A stretch of 63,721 nucleotides of DNA, the filler included, from Barthelona sp. PAP020 (Eukaryota), in the NCBI GenBank assembly GCA_040182905.1. It is 3 parts of 3 records of this genome, joined end to end, with 100 filler letters (N's around TTAATTAATTAA, not from the genome) between each part and the next. Parts side by side here need not be neighbours in the genome. Positions count along the whole stretch, not along the records: positions 43,021 to 63,721 come from JARQWU010000188.1; 2 more parts are not named here. The stretch is one strand, 5' to 3'. Shown piece by piece: positions 43,021-54,659 of the stretch. The position numbers and the translations under genes are program-made. Every line of letters begins with the position of its first letter. Position 1 is the stretch's first letter. Below the pieces are notes generated by a model that made no database searches, was not told the origin of the DNA, and saw only the letters and a program-made list of their open reading frames with translations.

Positions 43021-43021
43021 T

Positions 43022-44296
43022 GGAATCATCAAGGCATGTTTGACTGTTGATTCAGCTGCTAGGCCAACGTTTTGTGACATTACAGAATATTTGCAGATGC
43101 TGATTGAGCGTTTTGAGGGACTGGGATTCAATGAGAAGAGTTTATTGAGGAGAATTGCAACCTTAGAAAAGGAAAACAAAATTTATGAAGAAAGGGTTGA
43201 AAGTTTCACAAAGCATGTTGATGAATTTAGAAAAGAAAAAGAGAAATGGTTGTACAAAGAACAAGAATTGGCTGAGCAAAACCAAGAATTAAATAATCAA
43301 TTCAATCTTTTGACAAACAAATTAAATGAGCTTTTGAACAGCAATGATAGCAAATCAGTTGTTGATACTAAAAGGCACAATGCTCGTGCAGTGGAAAAAT
43401 TTGAAGAACAACCAGTTTTTTGTCAAGTTTTTTCCAATCGAATGGTCCATGCACTTGATTACAGCTTCGATGGACAATTTTTTGCAGTTGCAGGATATCA
43501 TAAAAAATTATTTAGAGTCTACAATGCTGAAACACATGAACTTGTGCATGAAGGAAAATATGTAAATGCTTGTGGTCTCAATTTCAGTCCAGACTCCAAA
43601 TTATTGGCTGTTGGGGGTAATGGCCCCTCAATTCATATTATTGAGGTTGATACTAGAAGAAGAATAAGAGTGATTAGAGATATGGCAAGAAATGTTAAAC
43701 GTGTGTGGTTCTCACCGGATGGTAAATTGCTTTCATTTGGGATGATTGGTGGTTATATTGCTATATATACTGTCGATGGAGAACAGTTATATGAATATCA
43801 AGCCCATAGAGATTGGGTCTACCATGTAAGTATCAGCCCTAACATGAAGTACTTTGCTTCTGTCAGTCATGATGGATGTTCAAAGTTGTTTTCATTGGAG
43901 ACGTATGAAGAGCTTCACACATGGAGCCATGGTGGAAAGGAAGTCATATCAGGCAATTTTTCACCAAAAGGTGCTTATTGGGTAACAGGTGATAGATATG
44001 GCACACTCAGATTGTTTGATGTTGAATCAAGAGAGTTGTTAGGAAAGTTCAAAGTTCATGACAGTTGGATATACTCCATTTTCTTCTCCCAAGACGATTC
44101 CTTGATATATTCTTGTTCTGTTGACAAATCATTTGCTGTCATTCGAAGAGAAACAGGTCAAGTATTGCAGAAAGTAGTTGTACCTTTTCATATTTGTGCT
44201 ATGGCTCTCAATCATGATGGAACTCGTTTGTTGTGTTGTGGAAGAAATGATGGGATTAATGTGTCAATTCAAGAATTCATTGCTTCAGACTTGTAA
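43022..44296 (+). CDS. Kinase C-lobe end + coiled coil + WD40 propeller, 5'-truncated by the gap
   Basis: GIIKACLTVDSAARPTFCDI (kinase subdomain XI), a heptad region, and WD repeats (FSPDSK, AHRDWVY..ISPN, VHDSWIY). Confidence 0.8.
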   Translation, partial: GIIKACLTVDSAARPTFCDITEYLQMLIERFEGLGFNEKSLLRRIATLEKENKIYEERVESFTKHVDEFRKEKEKWLYKEQELAEQNQELNNQFNLLTNKLNELLNSNDSKSVVDTKRHNARAVEKFEEQPVFCQVFSNRMVHALDYSFDGQFFAVAGYHKKLFRVYNAETHELVHEGKYVNACGLNFSPDSKLLAVGGNGPSIHIIEVDTRRRIRVIRDMARNVKRVWFSPDGKLLSFGMIGGYIAIYTVDGEQLYEYQAHRDWVYHVSISPNMKYFASVSHDGCSKLFSLETYEELHTWSHGGKEVISGNFSPKGAYWVTGDRYGTLRLFDVESRELLGKFKVHDSWIYSIFFSQDDSLIYSCSVDKSFAVIRRETGQVLQKVVVPFHICAMALNHDGTRLLCCGRNDGINVSIQEFIASDL

Positions 44297-44764
44297 AAAA
44301 TGAACATTGTGCACTGCTTTTGACTTCAATAATCAAGCATTTCCTTGATATTCCAACTTGTATGTATTATACACACCCACTTTCGTTTTGTTCATTCCAC
44401 CGATAATAATGCATTTAAACTCCAATTTGATCAAATAGAATCAAGAAAAACACAGAAGTTACATTTTAAAATGATAGAATTTAAAATCTCTCATATTTTG
44501 AACATTTGACAAACAAAGCAGTCTTACTGTAATTTATCGTTTGTTGTATGCTTTTGATATTATCTACCTAACAATTTTTTTCGAAAATGGAATTGAAAAT
44601 TAAAAATAACGAAAATTGGCTCATAAATACTCGCCTTTTGAATTCTTTCAAGTGTATGGAGTTTCTTGTGATAAAAAGAATTGTTTCAAGTTTGCTATTA
44701 AAAAAAACAATAAAAATTTATTCCGAAAACTCTATTTAGCAAGAATTTTTTTTTTTTAAGACTA

Positions 44765-47083
44765 TTAAATCACTAATTTATTTTTTTTTCCCTTTTTTTC
44801 CTTTTTCATTTTTTTTTCTTGCTTTTCTTTCTTACTTTTTTTGTCCTTATCCTTGGGCTTTTTATTTTGTTCCCCATTTTCCCCTTGATTCTTTTTACTT
44901 TTACCTTTTTTTGAGCTCTTTTTCTTCTCTCTTTCTTTTTCTTCTTCTTCCTCCTCATCATCATCAACAGAACTGTCATTAAATTCTTCAAGAATTGGCT
45001 CTCGCTTGAAATCATCAATTATGGGTTCAGTTTCAACAGTCTTTTTCAAAAGTTCTTTAACCTTCAATAATTCCTTTTGAGCGTAAGAAGATTTCCATTT
45101 TTCAACATTGTAAAATTGGGGTGCAGCTTCAATTAACCATTCAGGTTCAACAACAGAACATGTTCGAATGAAATATTCCGTTGTTTGTACAAACTCATTG
45201 TAGATTACCCATTTAGGCGTAAATTTAATGGAAGAAGAGGGATGCAACTTGCATTTTTGTCCATCAGGTAACACACGCATTAATCTACTGGGATCAGCAT
45301 AACCAACTTGCTGACAAAAACCAGAAACTAATGGTCTGATAATTGATTCATACATATCTCCACGCAACAAAGCAGAATTGGTAGGGTATCCCATCTTTCT
45401 ACAAATGCTTAATAATTGATTACGAATGCTATTAGCCATTCTCAAGGATCTTGGATTGACAAACTGATCATTGCACCATCTAACAAGCATTTTTTCCCCT
45501 TGACCTTGACTATCAAACTCAGCTCGTTGTTTCAAATAAGTATTAAGCAAAGTCAACAAAGTAAGATGATCAGATCGACCAATGTGAAATTCAGCATGGG
45601 CCTTATCAGCATTTCGTGAGTTATTTTTTGGCCTTAACCAAGGCTGTGGTGCATTTAGAACAGCAATTATGGATGCCACATCTTTAACAGAATCAAATGC
45701 AACCGCAGATAAAATGCATCTGGCATGTTGAGGATCAATAGGAAACTCTGTCAATTGATCACCCAATTTGGATAACCCCCATTTTCCTTCAACGTTTTGT
45801 AAAGCCCCAAGATTCATCAAGACTTCAAAAGCTCTAGCTGCTGTTAAGGGCGCAGGTGGGTCAAGGAAAGGGAATCGGATTGGATTGGGTACTTTCAATT
45901 TAAATAAGGTCAAAAAAACACTAGTAACGTTACTACGAACCATTTCAGGATGACTTTGTTCAGCAAGAGAGGAAAAAGCACTTTCTGGATATAAACGATA
46001 GCAGATACCTGCTTGAGTACGACCAGCACGACCAGCACGCTGTGTTGCAGCTGCTTGAGATACAGGGACTCTCAATAATGAATCTACACGTGTGTCTGGA
46101 TTGAAGATTTTTTGTTTGACAAAACCACAATCAATAACAAAGACAACCCCATCAATTGTAATGGAAGTTTCAGCAATATTTGTCGCGACTACTACTTTTC
46201 TTGCATTTATGGGTTTAAAAACAATTTGTTGTCTGTGTGGAGGCAATGAAGCATAGAGAGGAAATGGTTGCAAATCGCATCCACATCTTTCATATAATTC
46301 AGAAACAACATATTCAATTTCTTCTTCTCCTGTCAAAAACACCAAAATATCACCCTCCTTACCACTTTCATGAATACTTACAACTCTGGAAATTGCTGCT
46401 TCCACATAGTCTGGCACTCTTTTGGTCGTGTATTGAATCGACACATCATAAAGTCGCCCAGGAATAGACAATAAAGGAGCATCAAAATAGTTTTGGAATA
46501 TTTCAGCATTTAATGTAGCAGACATTATCAAAATCTTGAGATCAGGTCTATCACCTTTGATAAGTAACTTAAGAAGACCTAACAAAATGTCAGTATTCAA
46601 AGTACGTTCATGAGCTTCATCAAGAATGATAAATGAGTATTTACTCAGCATAGGATCCTGCATGGCTTCTCTCAATAGCATACCATCGGTTAAATATGTT
46701 AACATTGTGCTGTCACTGACACAATTATCAAAACGTACTTGATAGCCAATTTGATCACCCAATTGAACATCTAACTCTTTAGCAACACGCTCTGCAATAG
46801 ACATGGCTGCCACACGACGTGGTTGAGTACATGCTATCATTTTTCCATTGTTGGCATAACCCGCCTCCAGAATCATACTAGGTATTTGTGTTGTTTTACC
46901 CGAACCAGTTTTTCCTTCTAAACAAACGCATTGATTTTCGTTAATCATTCTTAATAATTTGCTTTTTGATTTGTAAACTGGTAAATTTTTTCTTTGCTCC
47001 AACAAGGCATAATATGTTTGTGAATATGCTCTATTGGTATAAGGGTTTGTTTCAATTTCATTTTCGTCATAATCTTCATCCAT
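44765..47083 (-). CDS. PRP43: DEAH-box RNA helicase PRP43/DHX15
   Basis: NPYT...YYALLEQRKNLPV, GKTGSGKTTQIP, TQPRRVAAMS, DEAHER, MSAT and QRAGRAGR. Confidence 0.92.
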   Translation of the reverse strand: MDEDYDENEIETNPYTNRAYSQTYYALLEQRKNLPVYKSKSKLLRMINENQCVCLEGKTGSGKTTQIPSMILEAGYANNGKMIACTQPRRVAAMSIAERVAKELDVQLGDQIGYQVRFDNCVSDSTMLTYLTDGMLLREAMQDPMLSKYSFIILDEAHERTLNTDILLGLLKLLIKGDRPDLKILIMSATLNAEIFQNYFDAPLLSIPGRLYDVSIQYTTKRVPDYVEAAISRVVSIHESGKEGDILVFLTGEEEIEYVVSELYERCGCDLQPFPLYASLPPHRQQIVFKPINARKVVVATNIAETSITIDGVVFVIDCGFVKQKIFNPDTRVDSLLRVPVSQAAATQRAGRAGRTQAGICYRLYPESAFSSLAEQSHPEMVRSNVTSVFLTLFKLKVPNPIRFPFLDPPAPLTAARAFEVLMNLGALQNVEGKWGLSKLGDQLTEFPIDPQHARCILSAVAFDSVKDVASIIAVLNAPQPWLRPKNNSRNADKAHAEFHIGRSDHLTLLTLLNTYLKQRAEFDSQGQGEKMLVRWCNDQFVNPRSLRMANSIRNQLLSICRKMGYPTNSALLRGDMYESIIRPLVSGFCQQVGYADPSRLMRVLPDGQKCKLHPSSSIKFTPKWVIYNEFVQTTEYFIRTCSVVEPEWLIEAAPQFYNVEKWKSSYAQKELLKVKELLKKTVETEPIIDDFKREPILEEFNDSSVDDDEEEEEEKEREKKKSSKKGKSKKNQGENGEQNKKPKDKDKKSKKEKQEKKMKKEKKGKKNKLVI

Positions 47084-47363
47084 GGTTTTTGAGAAATGAT
47101 AAAAAGGAAAATTTGGAAATGAAAATTGCAAAAGTTTTTTTTTTCCTTTTTATTATCATTGTGCTATAAAATTGAAGAATAAAAGAGGTGAAAACCAGCA
47201 GAAAACAGGTGGTATTTTCCTATTTTATTTTATTCATTTACCTTTTTATAATCAATAGAAAAGTAATAAAAAATATTTGAATTGAAAGAAAGGATTTATT
47301 CAAAAGAAAAAAAATTTCATTTGAAAAACTTTTTTTATTTGGGAAACATTATTCATCAATATT

Positions 47364-48836
47364 ATGAGTGACAATCCAACTGAATATTTAGCTCTTGTTG
47401 AAATGGAATGGGATCGAATCGGAGCAGTTGATCTTTTACATGTATTGAATTCATTTCTTGATGAATCTCAATCAATTAAAAAAGTTTCGATATTCCCCAC
47501 AAATTTTGGTTTAGAACAATTAAAATTGGAAAAAAATGGTCCTGTTTTACCTCATTCTAAGGTTATTGATGAAGTAGATGATTCAGTTCATGAAATTCGA
47601 GTTGATATTGATGAAAATGAGATGAATAATTATGAAACAGATTCAGACTTAGAAGAGCAAAATGATTCAGCTTCAAATTCCTCTGATTCTGATGCAGATT
47701 CAGATTCTGAGTTGTCTGATGATGAAATATTTGGGATTACAATGCCAGAAATTCAAGAAAAAGTACTTGTGGAAGTTGAAGATAATGCAAATACTGATGA
47801 AGAATTGCAAGCTTTGCGTGAATATGAGTTAAATCGTTTGAAATATTATTTTGCTTTGGTTGAAACTGATTCTGTTGAAACAGCTATCAAATTATACAAA
47901 ATGGCTGATGGTTGTGAATTTGAAACCAGTTCTAATGTGCTTCAATGTCAATACGTTACAATGGATGTTATTGAGCAATTAAAAGATCGTGAACCCGTTG
48001 ATGTTGCACGTGAAGTACCTTTGAAATATAAGCCTCCCAAAGCGTTTGCTACCAGGGCACTTGGAAATACCAACGTTGAGTTATCCTATGATTTGAGTGA
48101 TAGTAAGCGTGATGAGTTGATTTCCAGAGCTTTTGAAGAGGGTGAATTGGATGAGACCGGATTACGTATGATTTTGGCTTCAGATGATGAAGATGATATT
48201 GATTATGATCAGGTTGCTAAAAATAGATCTTTATTGTTAAGTGGATTGCTGAAAGAAGATAAGCAAGAAAAAAGTACAACAAGAAAGTCTAGTGCAAGCC
48301 TTAAAGAGGATGAATTTTTTGCTAAAGATGATAAGGGACCTCAATTAGTTTGGTCTGATGATGAGGATGACGAGATGACGACTAAATCAAAGAATGTTAA
48401 TAATATGGTTGGTATTCAACAGAAAGACAAATCTTCGAAGAAAAAGAGTAAAAAAGAGAAGAAAAGAGAAAAAGAACAAGACAGAAAGGCAAAAGAACAA
48501 GAGAATGCGATTGACATTGATGACCGTTTCTCTGAAATTTTCTCTAATCCAGAACTAGCTTTAGATACAACCTCAAAGCATTACAAGGATTCTGCTACAA
48601 ACAGAATGATTTTATCAAAGATTAAAGAAGATAGAAAGACCAAAGAAGCTGCAGAAGCTGAAAAAGTTAAAGCTGAATTGAGCAGATTGAGAACTGAAAG
48701 CTCTTTAAAATCTACAACCAATAAAAAAGAACCAAAATTGTCAAATGCTGAAGAAAAAACTACGAAAATTAAAAAATCTTCAAAATCTAAGAAAAAATCA
48801 ACCAAAACTAAAGCAAAGAAATCAAAAACTTTGTAA
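47364..48836 (+). CDS. ESF1: Pre-rRNA processing protein ESF1
   Basis: LALVEMEWDRI..DL, IFPTNFG, LREYELNRLKYYFALVE, DGCEFE and NUC153-like DDRFSEIF. Confidence 0.9.
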   Translation: MSDNPTEYLALVEMEWDRIGAVDLLHVLNSFLDESQSIKKVSIFPTNFGLEQLKLEKNGPVLPHSKVIDEVDDSVHEIRVDIDENEMNNYETDSDLEEQNDSASNSSDSDADSDSELSDDEIFGITMPEIQEKVLVEVEDNANTDEELQALREYELNRLKYYFALVETDSVETAIKLYKMADGCEFETSSNVLQCQYVTMDVIEQLKDREPVDVAREVPLKYKPPKAFATRALGNTNVELSYDLSDSKRDELISRAFEEGELDETGLRMILASDDEDDIDYDQVAKNRSLLLSGLLKEDKQEKSTTRKSSASLKEDEFFAKDDKGPQLVWSDDEDDEMTTKSKNVNNMVGIQQKDKSSKKKSKKEKKREKEQDRKAKEQENAIDIDDRFSEIFSNPELALDTTSKHYKDSATNRMILSKIKEDRKTKEAAEAEKVKAELSRLRTESSLKSTTNKKEPKLSNAEEKTTKIKKSSKSKKKSTKTKAKKSKTL

Positions 48837-49042
48837 TTTTGATTTAAACATATATATTTGTGTTTTCAATGAGGAATATAAATTTTTAGTCTGTTAATTT
48901 TTTGAAACAAATTCTTTTCTGGTTGTTTTAACAGGTTTTTTCATGTAAAAACAATTTCTTTTTCTTCTTCTTTGTCAGAAGAAAACAGAAGACAGGTGAT
49001 TTCGAAATAAACATATTTTTTATAGTTAAATTATTTATTATT

Positions 49043-50155
49043 ATGTTTGCGGTAGTAGTATTTAGTTTATGCATTGGATTATTCATTGCGTTGATGATTT
49101 TAATGAAAAATGAAAAACCAAAAGAACATTTAAAACAAACTCATATTGATGATTGTTTTTTCAGTCCCAAACAATGCGTTCAAGAGAAACGTCAAGAATA
49201 TTGCCCACCTCCATCTGCTTATTGTGAAGAACTTGGTTATTCTGTTGTTTTATCAATACCAACATTAGAATCCAAATATTCAATTCCTTTATTGATAAAT
49301 TATCCTAAAGGAGTGGATAAAACATCAGAAGAAAAGCTTCCTGTTGTATTTTTTATTCATGGTGGTGGTTTTTTTGAAGGAGAATTGAAGAATCGTCAAT
49401 ATTTATTGAGTCGAATATCAAACAAAGGTAATTGTATTACTGTTCAAGTTGAATATCGATTAACACCTGAATATCGTTTCCCCATCCCATTATTAGACTG
49501 TTTTTCAGCATTGAATTTTATAACTGATCCAAAAATTGCAAATAAATTTCATTTTGATGTTGACAATATGGTTATTGCGGGAGATAGTGCTGGTGGTAAT
49601 CTCACGTTGGGTACTTGGTTAATGAGCAAAAGAATTACGAATAAATTTAATATTAAAGGCATTACCATGTTATATCCATGCTTGAGTCTGGATTTCACAG
49701 AAAGAGGTTATAAATCCAAAGAGTCTGTTACTGTTGAAGATATGATGCAATGCTATTCACTCTATTTACCTGAAAACTATGCAAAGAAACCTAGTGCTCT
49801 ATTGAGTGGAGGTTTTTCGTCCTATGATGTTTCTATTGAAAGGCATGCCAGATTGCATTACAACATTCCCCTATTCCCCTACCTATTTTGTATTGATGAA
49901 TCCACCGAACAAGTAGATCAATATGAAGCTGATTTTGAGACGTGTTTCAGAACCATTCCAAAAACCTTCATTGTTGGTTGCGAACAAGATTGTTTGTTAG
50001 ATGATGCTGTTAGATTATCAAAGAAGCTTAACGATATTAATGCAGAGACCTTATTGTTGAGATTTGATGTTCCTCATGCTTTTATTCGTTACAAGGATTT
50101 TGATGAGGAAACCAACATTGTTGTTGATGAAATTGTCAAGTTATTGAAGGAATAG
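49043..50155 (+). CDS. Hormone-sensitive-lipase-family alpha/beta hydrolase with N-terminal anchor
   Basis: HGGGF, EYRLTPE..FP, GDSAGGNL and D...H catalytic residues. Confidence 0.92.
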   Translation: MFAVVVFSLCIGLFIALMILMKNEKPKEHLKQTHIDDCFFSPKQCVQEKRQEYCPPPSAYCEELGYSVVLSIPTLESKYSIPLLINYPKGVDKTSEEKLPVVFFIHGGGFFEGELKNRQYLLSRISNKGNCITVQVEYRLTPEYRFPIPLLDCFSALNFITDPKIANKFHFDVDNMVIAGDSAGGNLTLGTWLMSKRITNKFNIKGITMLYPCLSLDFTERGYKSKESVTVEDMMQCYSLYLPENYAKKPSALLSGGFSSYDVSIERHARLHYNIPLFPYLFCIDESTEQVDQYEADFETCFRTIPKTFIVGCEQDCLLDDAVRLSKKLNDINAETLLLRFDVPHAFIRYKDFDEETNIVVDEIVKLLKE

Positions 50156-50296
50156 GTTCCTAATTTAAAATTTTCTGCTCTTGTAAATATTCTGAAAACT
50201 TGTTTTTTGTTTCAAAATGGCAGCAGAATAAGCTAACATTTTCACGCAATTGGGATCATTAAAGAACAACGTAAAATAAAGAAAAAATAAAACTTT

Positions 50297-50839
50297 TTAT
50301 CTGTACTTTGGCAATAATGATCGTAGCTCTTCAAAACAAATATCATCTGCAACTTCCATTGGTTGTTGAGGTCTCTTTTTTACACTATTATTACTATTAC
50401 TGATAAAAGGAACATTTAAATTGGGAGTTTGATAATTATATGGTGTAAAAGTCGGTTCCAATGAAGTAGCCGCAAACATTTGAGGTAACTGCATTTTTGA
50501 AGCATCAAAATTACCCTCTAATCGTAAAATCTTTGAAGATCCATCATCATCAGGATGTTTTACACCTTCTGGTATTCCATCCATTGCATATACATGTATT
50601 GAAGGATCTTCACGATCCTTTTTTGATTTGGGAATTTTAACAAGAACATGACCTGGATGCTTTTCAGTATAATGTTCTTTCAAATCATCAATGGAATTTG
50701 TTTTAAAATTTCTACATAATGGACATCGAAAATGCCAAGCTCTTTGATGAGCAACTAAATCTCGCAAAGTATTAAATCTCCTTTTGCAATAATAACACCA
50801 TGGAAGTAGTTTCTTATGTTTTCGTTTGGTGTGGACCAT
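50297..50839 (-). CDS. ZNF207: ZNF207/BuGZ-like zinc finger protein
   Basis: PWCYYCKRRF...LVAHQRAWHFRCPLC, VYAMDGIP and the C-terminal FEELRSLLPKYR. Confidence 0.85.
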   Translation of the reverse strand: MVHTKRKHKKLLPWCYYCKRRFNTLRDLVAHQRAWHFRCPLCRNFKTNSIDDLKEHYTEKHPGHVLVKIPKSKKDREDPSIHVYAMDGIPEGVKHPDDDGSSKILRLEGNFDASKMQLPQMFAATSLEPTFTPYNYQTPNLNVPFISNSNNSVKKRPQQPMEVADDICFEELRSLLPKYR

Positions 50840-51118
50840 AAAAAGAAAAGTTTTTTGTTTTTTTTTTTGTCAAACTATTCATTTTTCTTCAAATTGATTT
50901 AAACATTAATATTTTTATATTTTTCGCACATTTAAAAAAAAAAAAACAAATCAATTTTCTTTGTCTTTTTGAACTTGACTTTTTTTTCATTGAGAAAAAA
51001 AAATATTTGATTCATATACATATTCTATATAAACAAGACCAAAGAAAAACTGTAAAGAAGAAGTGAAAAGACTATTATCTTTTTTTTAAATAATAATGTA
51101 ACATTTCAACAGAATGCA

Positions 51119-53035
51119 ATGAATAATAGTCCACATGAAAAATTATCCCAGTTTTTAAGAGAAAATGGATTTTCTGGGCACATACCAACATTAAATTCAA
51201 AACACACTTCCATCTCTGTGATTCAAAAATTAATAGCTGAAAATGATCGACTTAGAGGTGAACTAGAAAGAACAAAACAATCTGAGAACAATTTTGTATC
51301 TTATAGAAATGATTCAAAAGATGATTCGCAACATATTTTATCCTTGTTGGCTGCCGAAAATTTACGTATATCCACACTAAATCAATCTTTGACGGATACT
51401 CAACAGATTAATCAAACAAGAATTAAACATTTGGAAAGAGAGATTGTTGAATTTAGACATGCCATCACACATTCTACTGATCAATCAATTATCCAAGCAT
51501 CATCACAGTTTGATCGGCAACAAGCTGCTGAAAGAAAACGCCATGAGCATTTAATGATGAAACTACGTGAAGAACGAGATTTAGCTGAATCAAAATCACG
51601 GTCTGCCCAACAAAGGTTTTCAGAATTACATGAATTGAACACTTTACAGGCAAGTCAGATTGAAACCTTGAATGTTGTGAGAACCACTCTCTCTGATGAG
51701 ATCAAAAAATTGACCAAAGAAAACAGCTTGTTACATGAACGAGTTGATCAATTAGAAACGTTACAAAAGCTTGCTGATAGTGTTTCTATTGAAAATGATA
51801 ATCGAGGGAAATGTCTGAAATATTTATTAAACAGATTAGAAGCACTCTATATTGCAGGAGCGTTAAGCATAGATCCCAATGAGTTTCTTTTTGATTTGAT
51901 TAGAGATTGTTCCATGAGCGATTTTGAAGATTTGAGTGATGAAGATACGTTTAAAGTGGAGAGTGTTTACCACAAACCGTCTGAAATTTCACCAAAGAAT
52001 GTTTCAACTCCATTGGGTGTTAATTTGTTTGGTTCTGATGAATCAATTAGTCCAGAATCATCTGAAAAAAGGAAATCTTTTGAAAGCGATCTGGTTATCA
52101 TTCAAAGTAATGCATCAACAGCAATATTACCTAGTGGTAGAAATATTAGAGAAGATTTAATGAGCGAAATGGAGAAAGTGCATGCTCAAGAAATTGAATC
52201 CCTTGAAAAGGAGAATAAAGCCTTGGATTATCAATTAAAAGAACGAGAGTTAGAGTTAATTCTGGCAATGGATGCAAAGAATCAGCTTCAAAAAAAATTA
52301 GCCAATCTTCAACAGGAGATTGTGACTATGCAACAAAAAGACTATGCCTTTGTTGAGCTAAGCAAAAATTCATGTGAGGGAATTCATCCTGAATTTAAAG
52401 GGAAGGACTCTCCTGTTACTTTTTCAATTGATGATTATCGTCGTTTAAAAGAGATGAATGCATTATTGAAAGTGAGATTGAAGAACATCAGTAAGAATTG
52501 CATATGTGGCTCAGCAGAAAAGTATGCGTTGCTGAAAGAAGATCGTTTGAATCGTTCATTAAATGAACTTCCAGATGTACTGTCAAAATCAAACCAAATA
52601 AAAAAACAACTTGAAAAAACAAAAATTGGAAATTCAAAACAAAGTGAAAAGTTTGAAAGTTTTTCATCAAGAACATCCAGTCGAATTCATTCCCCATCTT
52701 CCAAAAATAATAATGATAGAGACAATAGGAAAAAGTTGTCTGCAAACCATAGCGATTTAGACATTCCTTCATTGGATGTTCCTCTTTCAATTGCTTTATT
52801 TGATCAAGAAATGAATGATAGACAAATTTATTCAGCAATACCATCCAGCAGAACAAAGAGTAAAGCTAAGCCCAAAGCAAAACTAAAAATCAACAACCTT
52901 ACTTCATCTATATCTTCTTCATATTTACCACAAAGAAATGATTTATCCTCTTCAATCTCTTCTAGAAGTTCAACAAGTAGAAAACAAAAGAAAAAACAAC
53001 CATCTTACAATAAAAAAATTTTTTCACCTTGGTAA
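51119..53035 (+). CDS. Coiled-coil protein of unknown function
   Basis: 638-aa ORF with extensive heptads and an S/K-rich tail. Confidence 0.75.
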   Translation: MNNSPHEKLSQFLRENGFSGHIPTLNSKHTSISVIQKLIAENDRLRGELERTKQSENNFVSYRNDSKDDSQHILSLLAAENLRISTLNQSLTDTQQINQTRIKHLEREIVEFRHAITHSTDQSIIQASSQFDRQQAAERKRHEHLMMKLREERDLAESKSRSAQQRFSELHELNTLQASQIETLNVVRTTLSDEIKKLTKENSLLHERVDQLETLQKLADSVSIENDNRGKCLKYLLNRLEALYIAGALSIDPNEFLFDLIRDCSMSDFEDLSDEDTFKVESVYHKPSEISPKNVSTPLGVNLFGSDESISPESSEKRKSFESDLVIIQSNASTAILPSGRNIREDLMSEMEKVHAQEIESLEKENKALDYQLKERELELILAMDAKNQLQKKLANLQQEIVTMQQKDYAFVELSKNSCEGIHPEFKGKDSPVTFSIDDYRRLKEMNALLKVRLKNISKNCICGSAEKYALLKEDRLNRSLNELPDVLSKSNQIKKQLEKTKIGNSKQSEKFESFSSRTSSRIHSPSSKNNNDRDNRKKLSANHSDLDIPSLDVPLSIALFDQEMNDRQIYSAIPSSRTKSKAKPKAKLKINNLTSSISSSYLPQRNDLSSSISSRSSTSRKQKKKQPSYNKKIFSPW

Positions 53036-53195
53036 AAAGAATTTGATTATCGATAATTGACAGTGACCGTTAACATTTTAAAATGTAAAATTTGTATTTT
53101 GTTGTTTAAGTAATTGTGTGACTTAATGAAAGCAGAAAAATTAGGCAATTGACTTTCCCAGAGTTTTTGTTTTTTTATTATTACTTTATTTTTGA

Positions 53196-54659
53196 ATGTT
53201 ATATAATTCCGATCCTGATCCTGAATTAGTATCTGTTTCAAAGGAGGAAGAAGATGTTGTTAGACAATCATCCAATGATGATTTTATTGGTGTTGTTGAA
53301 GAACGTTCTGTTCATGATATTTTTTTCTTTATTGTATTTATAGTTGCTGTTGTTTGTTTTATTTGGTGGGGAATTCAATATATTTCCACTGTTGAACCAT
53401 TATCTGATACTGTTTCCTCTTTTGCTGTTGCAAAACTTGGGGAATATAAGACATACATATGGGGAGCCATTGGTTGTGTATTTGTTCTTTGTTTAGTTTA
53501 TATTTTATTGATCAGATTTATTGCCAAACCTTTAATATATCTTTCAATTATTTTTGGAATTGTTGCTTTAGGATATGTTGGATTTTTGTGCATGTTTGAT
53601 GATTATGTAAAGACTATTATGCCATCAGCTCACATTATTGTGGCTGTGGTTATATGGTTTATCGATCTTGTGATAGTGTTTGTTGTGCTTTTTAATTTAA
53701 AGAATGTAGCATTCACAGCAACTATGATGGAGGCATCATGTGAAGCTTTATTAGCTTGTCCATCTACTTTGATTCTTGGAGGTGTTTTGTTGTTGTTTGG
53801 TGCTGGTATAATTCTTTTTGGATTATTGTTCCTCTACTCTATTACTATCGCTGATGAATCAATGGTTTTACCCATGATTAATAATCGTGTTTCCTTATTC
53901 ATTATTATGTTGTTTATTGGTCTTTGGATTACTGCCTTCCTCAGAGGTTTGTTTACAGTTTCTACTGCTGGTACGATTGCAAACTTTGCTTTTGCCAGAA
54001 CAAGTGAGGACATCGTTGTTAACGCCTTTTCAATGTGTCTTGCTGCTTTAATATTCCATGCTGGTTCTATATGTATTGGAGCGTTTTTGATTGCACTTGT
54101 TGAGTTGTTGCAAATTCTTTTAGAAAAAGCCCGTAGAGAAACCGAAGGCAATAACAAGGTTGTTCAAGCTATTTTTTGTTGTTTACAATGTTGCTTAACC
54201 TGTATTCATGGTTGTTTGGATTGGATCACACGTTATGTTTACATTTTCATTGCCATGTATGGTGAATCTTTCTGGAATTCTGCTAAAGGTGTTCATGATA
54301 TTCTTTCCCAATACTTCTTAACAATTGCACTTGTTGATTCTATTTCCAAATATGTCTACATTGTCACATCAGCTTTAGGGGGGGCTGGTTTTGGTTTATT
54401 GTCAAGATATTTGTGGATTCAAAATGGCTATCCAGTAAACAGTGCTTCATTGTTCATTTGGTTTGGTTTGGGAGCATTTGTATTCATTTTATTATATCTG
54501 GCTACTTTCTTGATTGCTGCTGCTGAAGATACTCTTATGGTTTGCTATGCTGAAGACAGAAAGAGAAATACCCAGACCGGTAATTATGCTTTGCCTGCTG
54601 AAATACATGCAGTTTTTGATTCAAGTTCCAATATCAAACAAACATCGCCTTCAGTTTAG
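53196..54659 (+). CDS. Choline transporter-like protein (CTL/SLC44)
   Basis: RSVHDIFF, ~10 TM segments, HAGSICIGAFLIA, YIFIAMYGESFWNSAK and DTLMVCYAED. Confidence 0.92.
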   Translation: MLYNSDPDPELVSVSKEEEDVVRQSSNDDFIGVVEERSVHDIFFFIVFIVAVVCFIWWGIQYISTVEPLSDTVSSFAVAKLGEYKTYIWGAIGCVFVLCLVYILLIRFIAKPLIYLSIIFGIVALGYVGFLCMFDDYVKTIMPSAHIIVAVVIWFIDLVIVFVVLFNLKNVAFTATMMEASCEALLACPSTLILGGVLLLFGAGIILFGLLFLYSITIADESMVLPMINNRVSLFIIMLFIGLWITAFLRGLFTVSTAGTIANFAFARTSEDIVVNAFSMCLAALIFHAGSICIGAFLIALVELLQILLEKARRETEGNNKVVQAIFCCLQCCLTCIHGCLDWITRYVYIFIAMYGESFWNSAKGVHDILSQYFLTIALVDSISKYVYIVTSALGGAGFGLLSRYLWIQNGYPVNSASLFIWFGLGAFVFILLYLATFLIAAAEDTLMVCYAEDRKRNTQTGNYALPAEIHAVFDSSSNIKQTSPSV

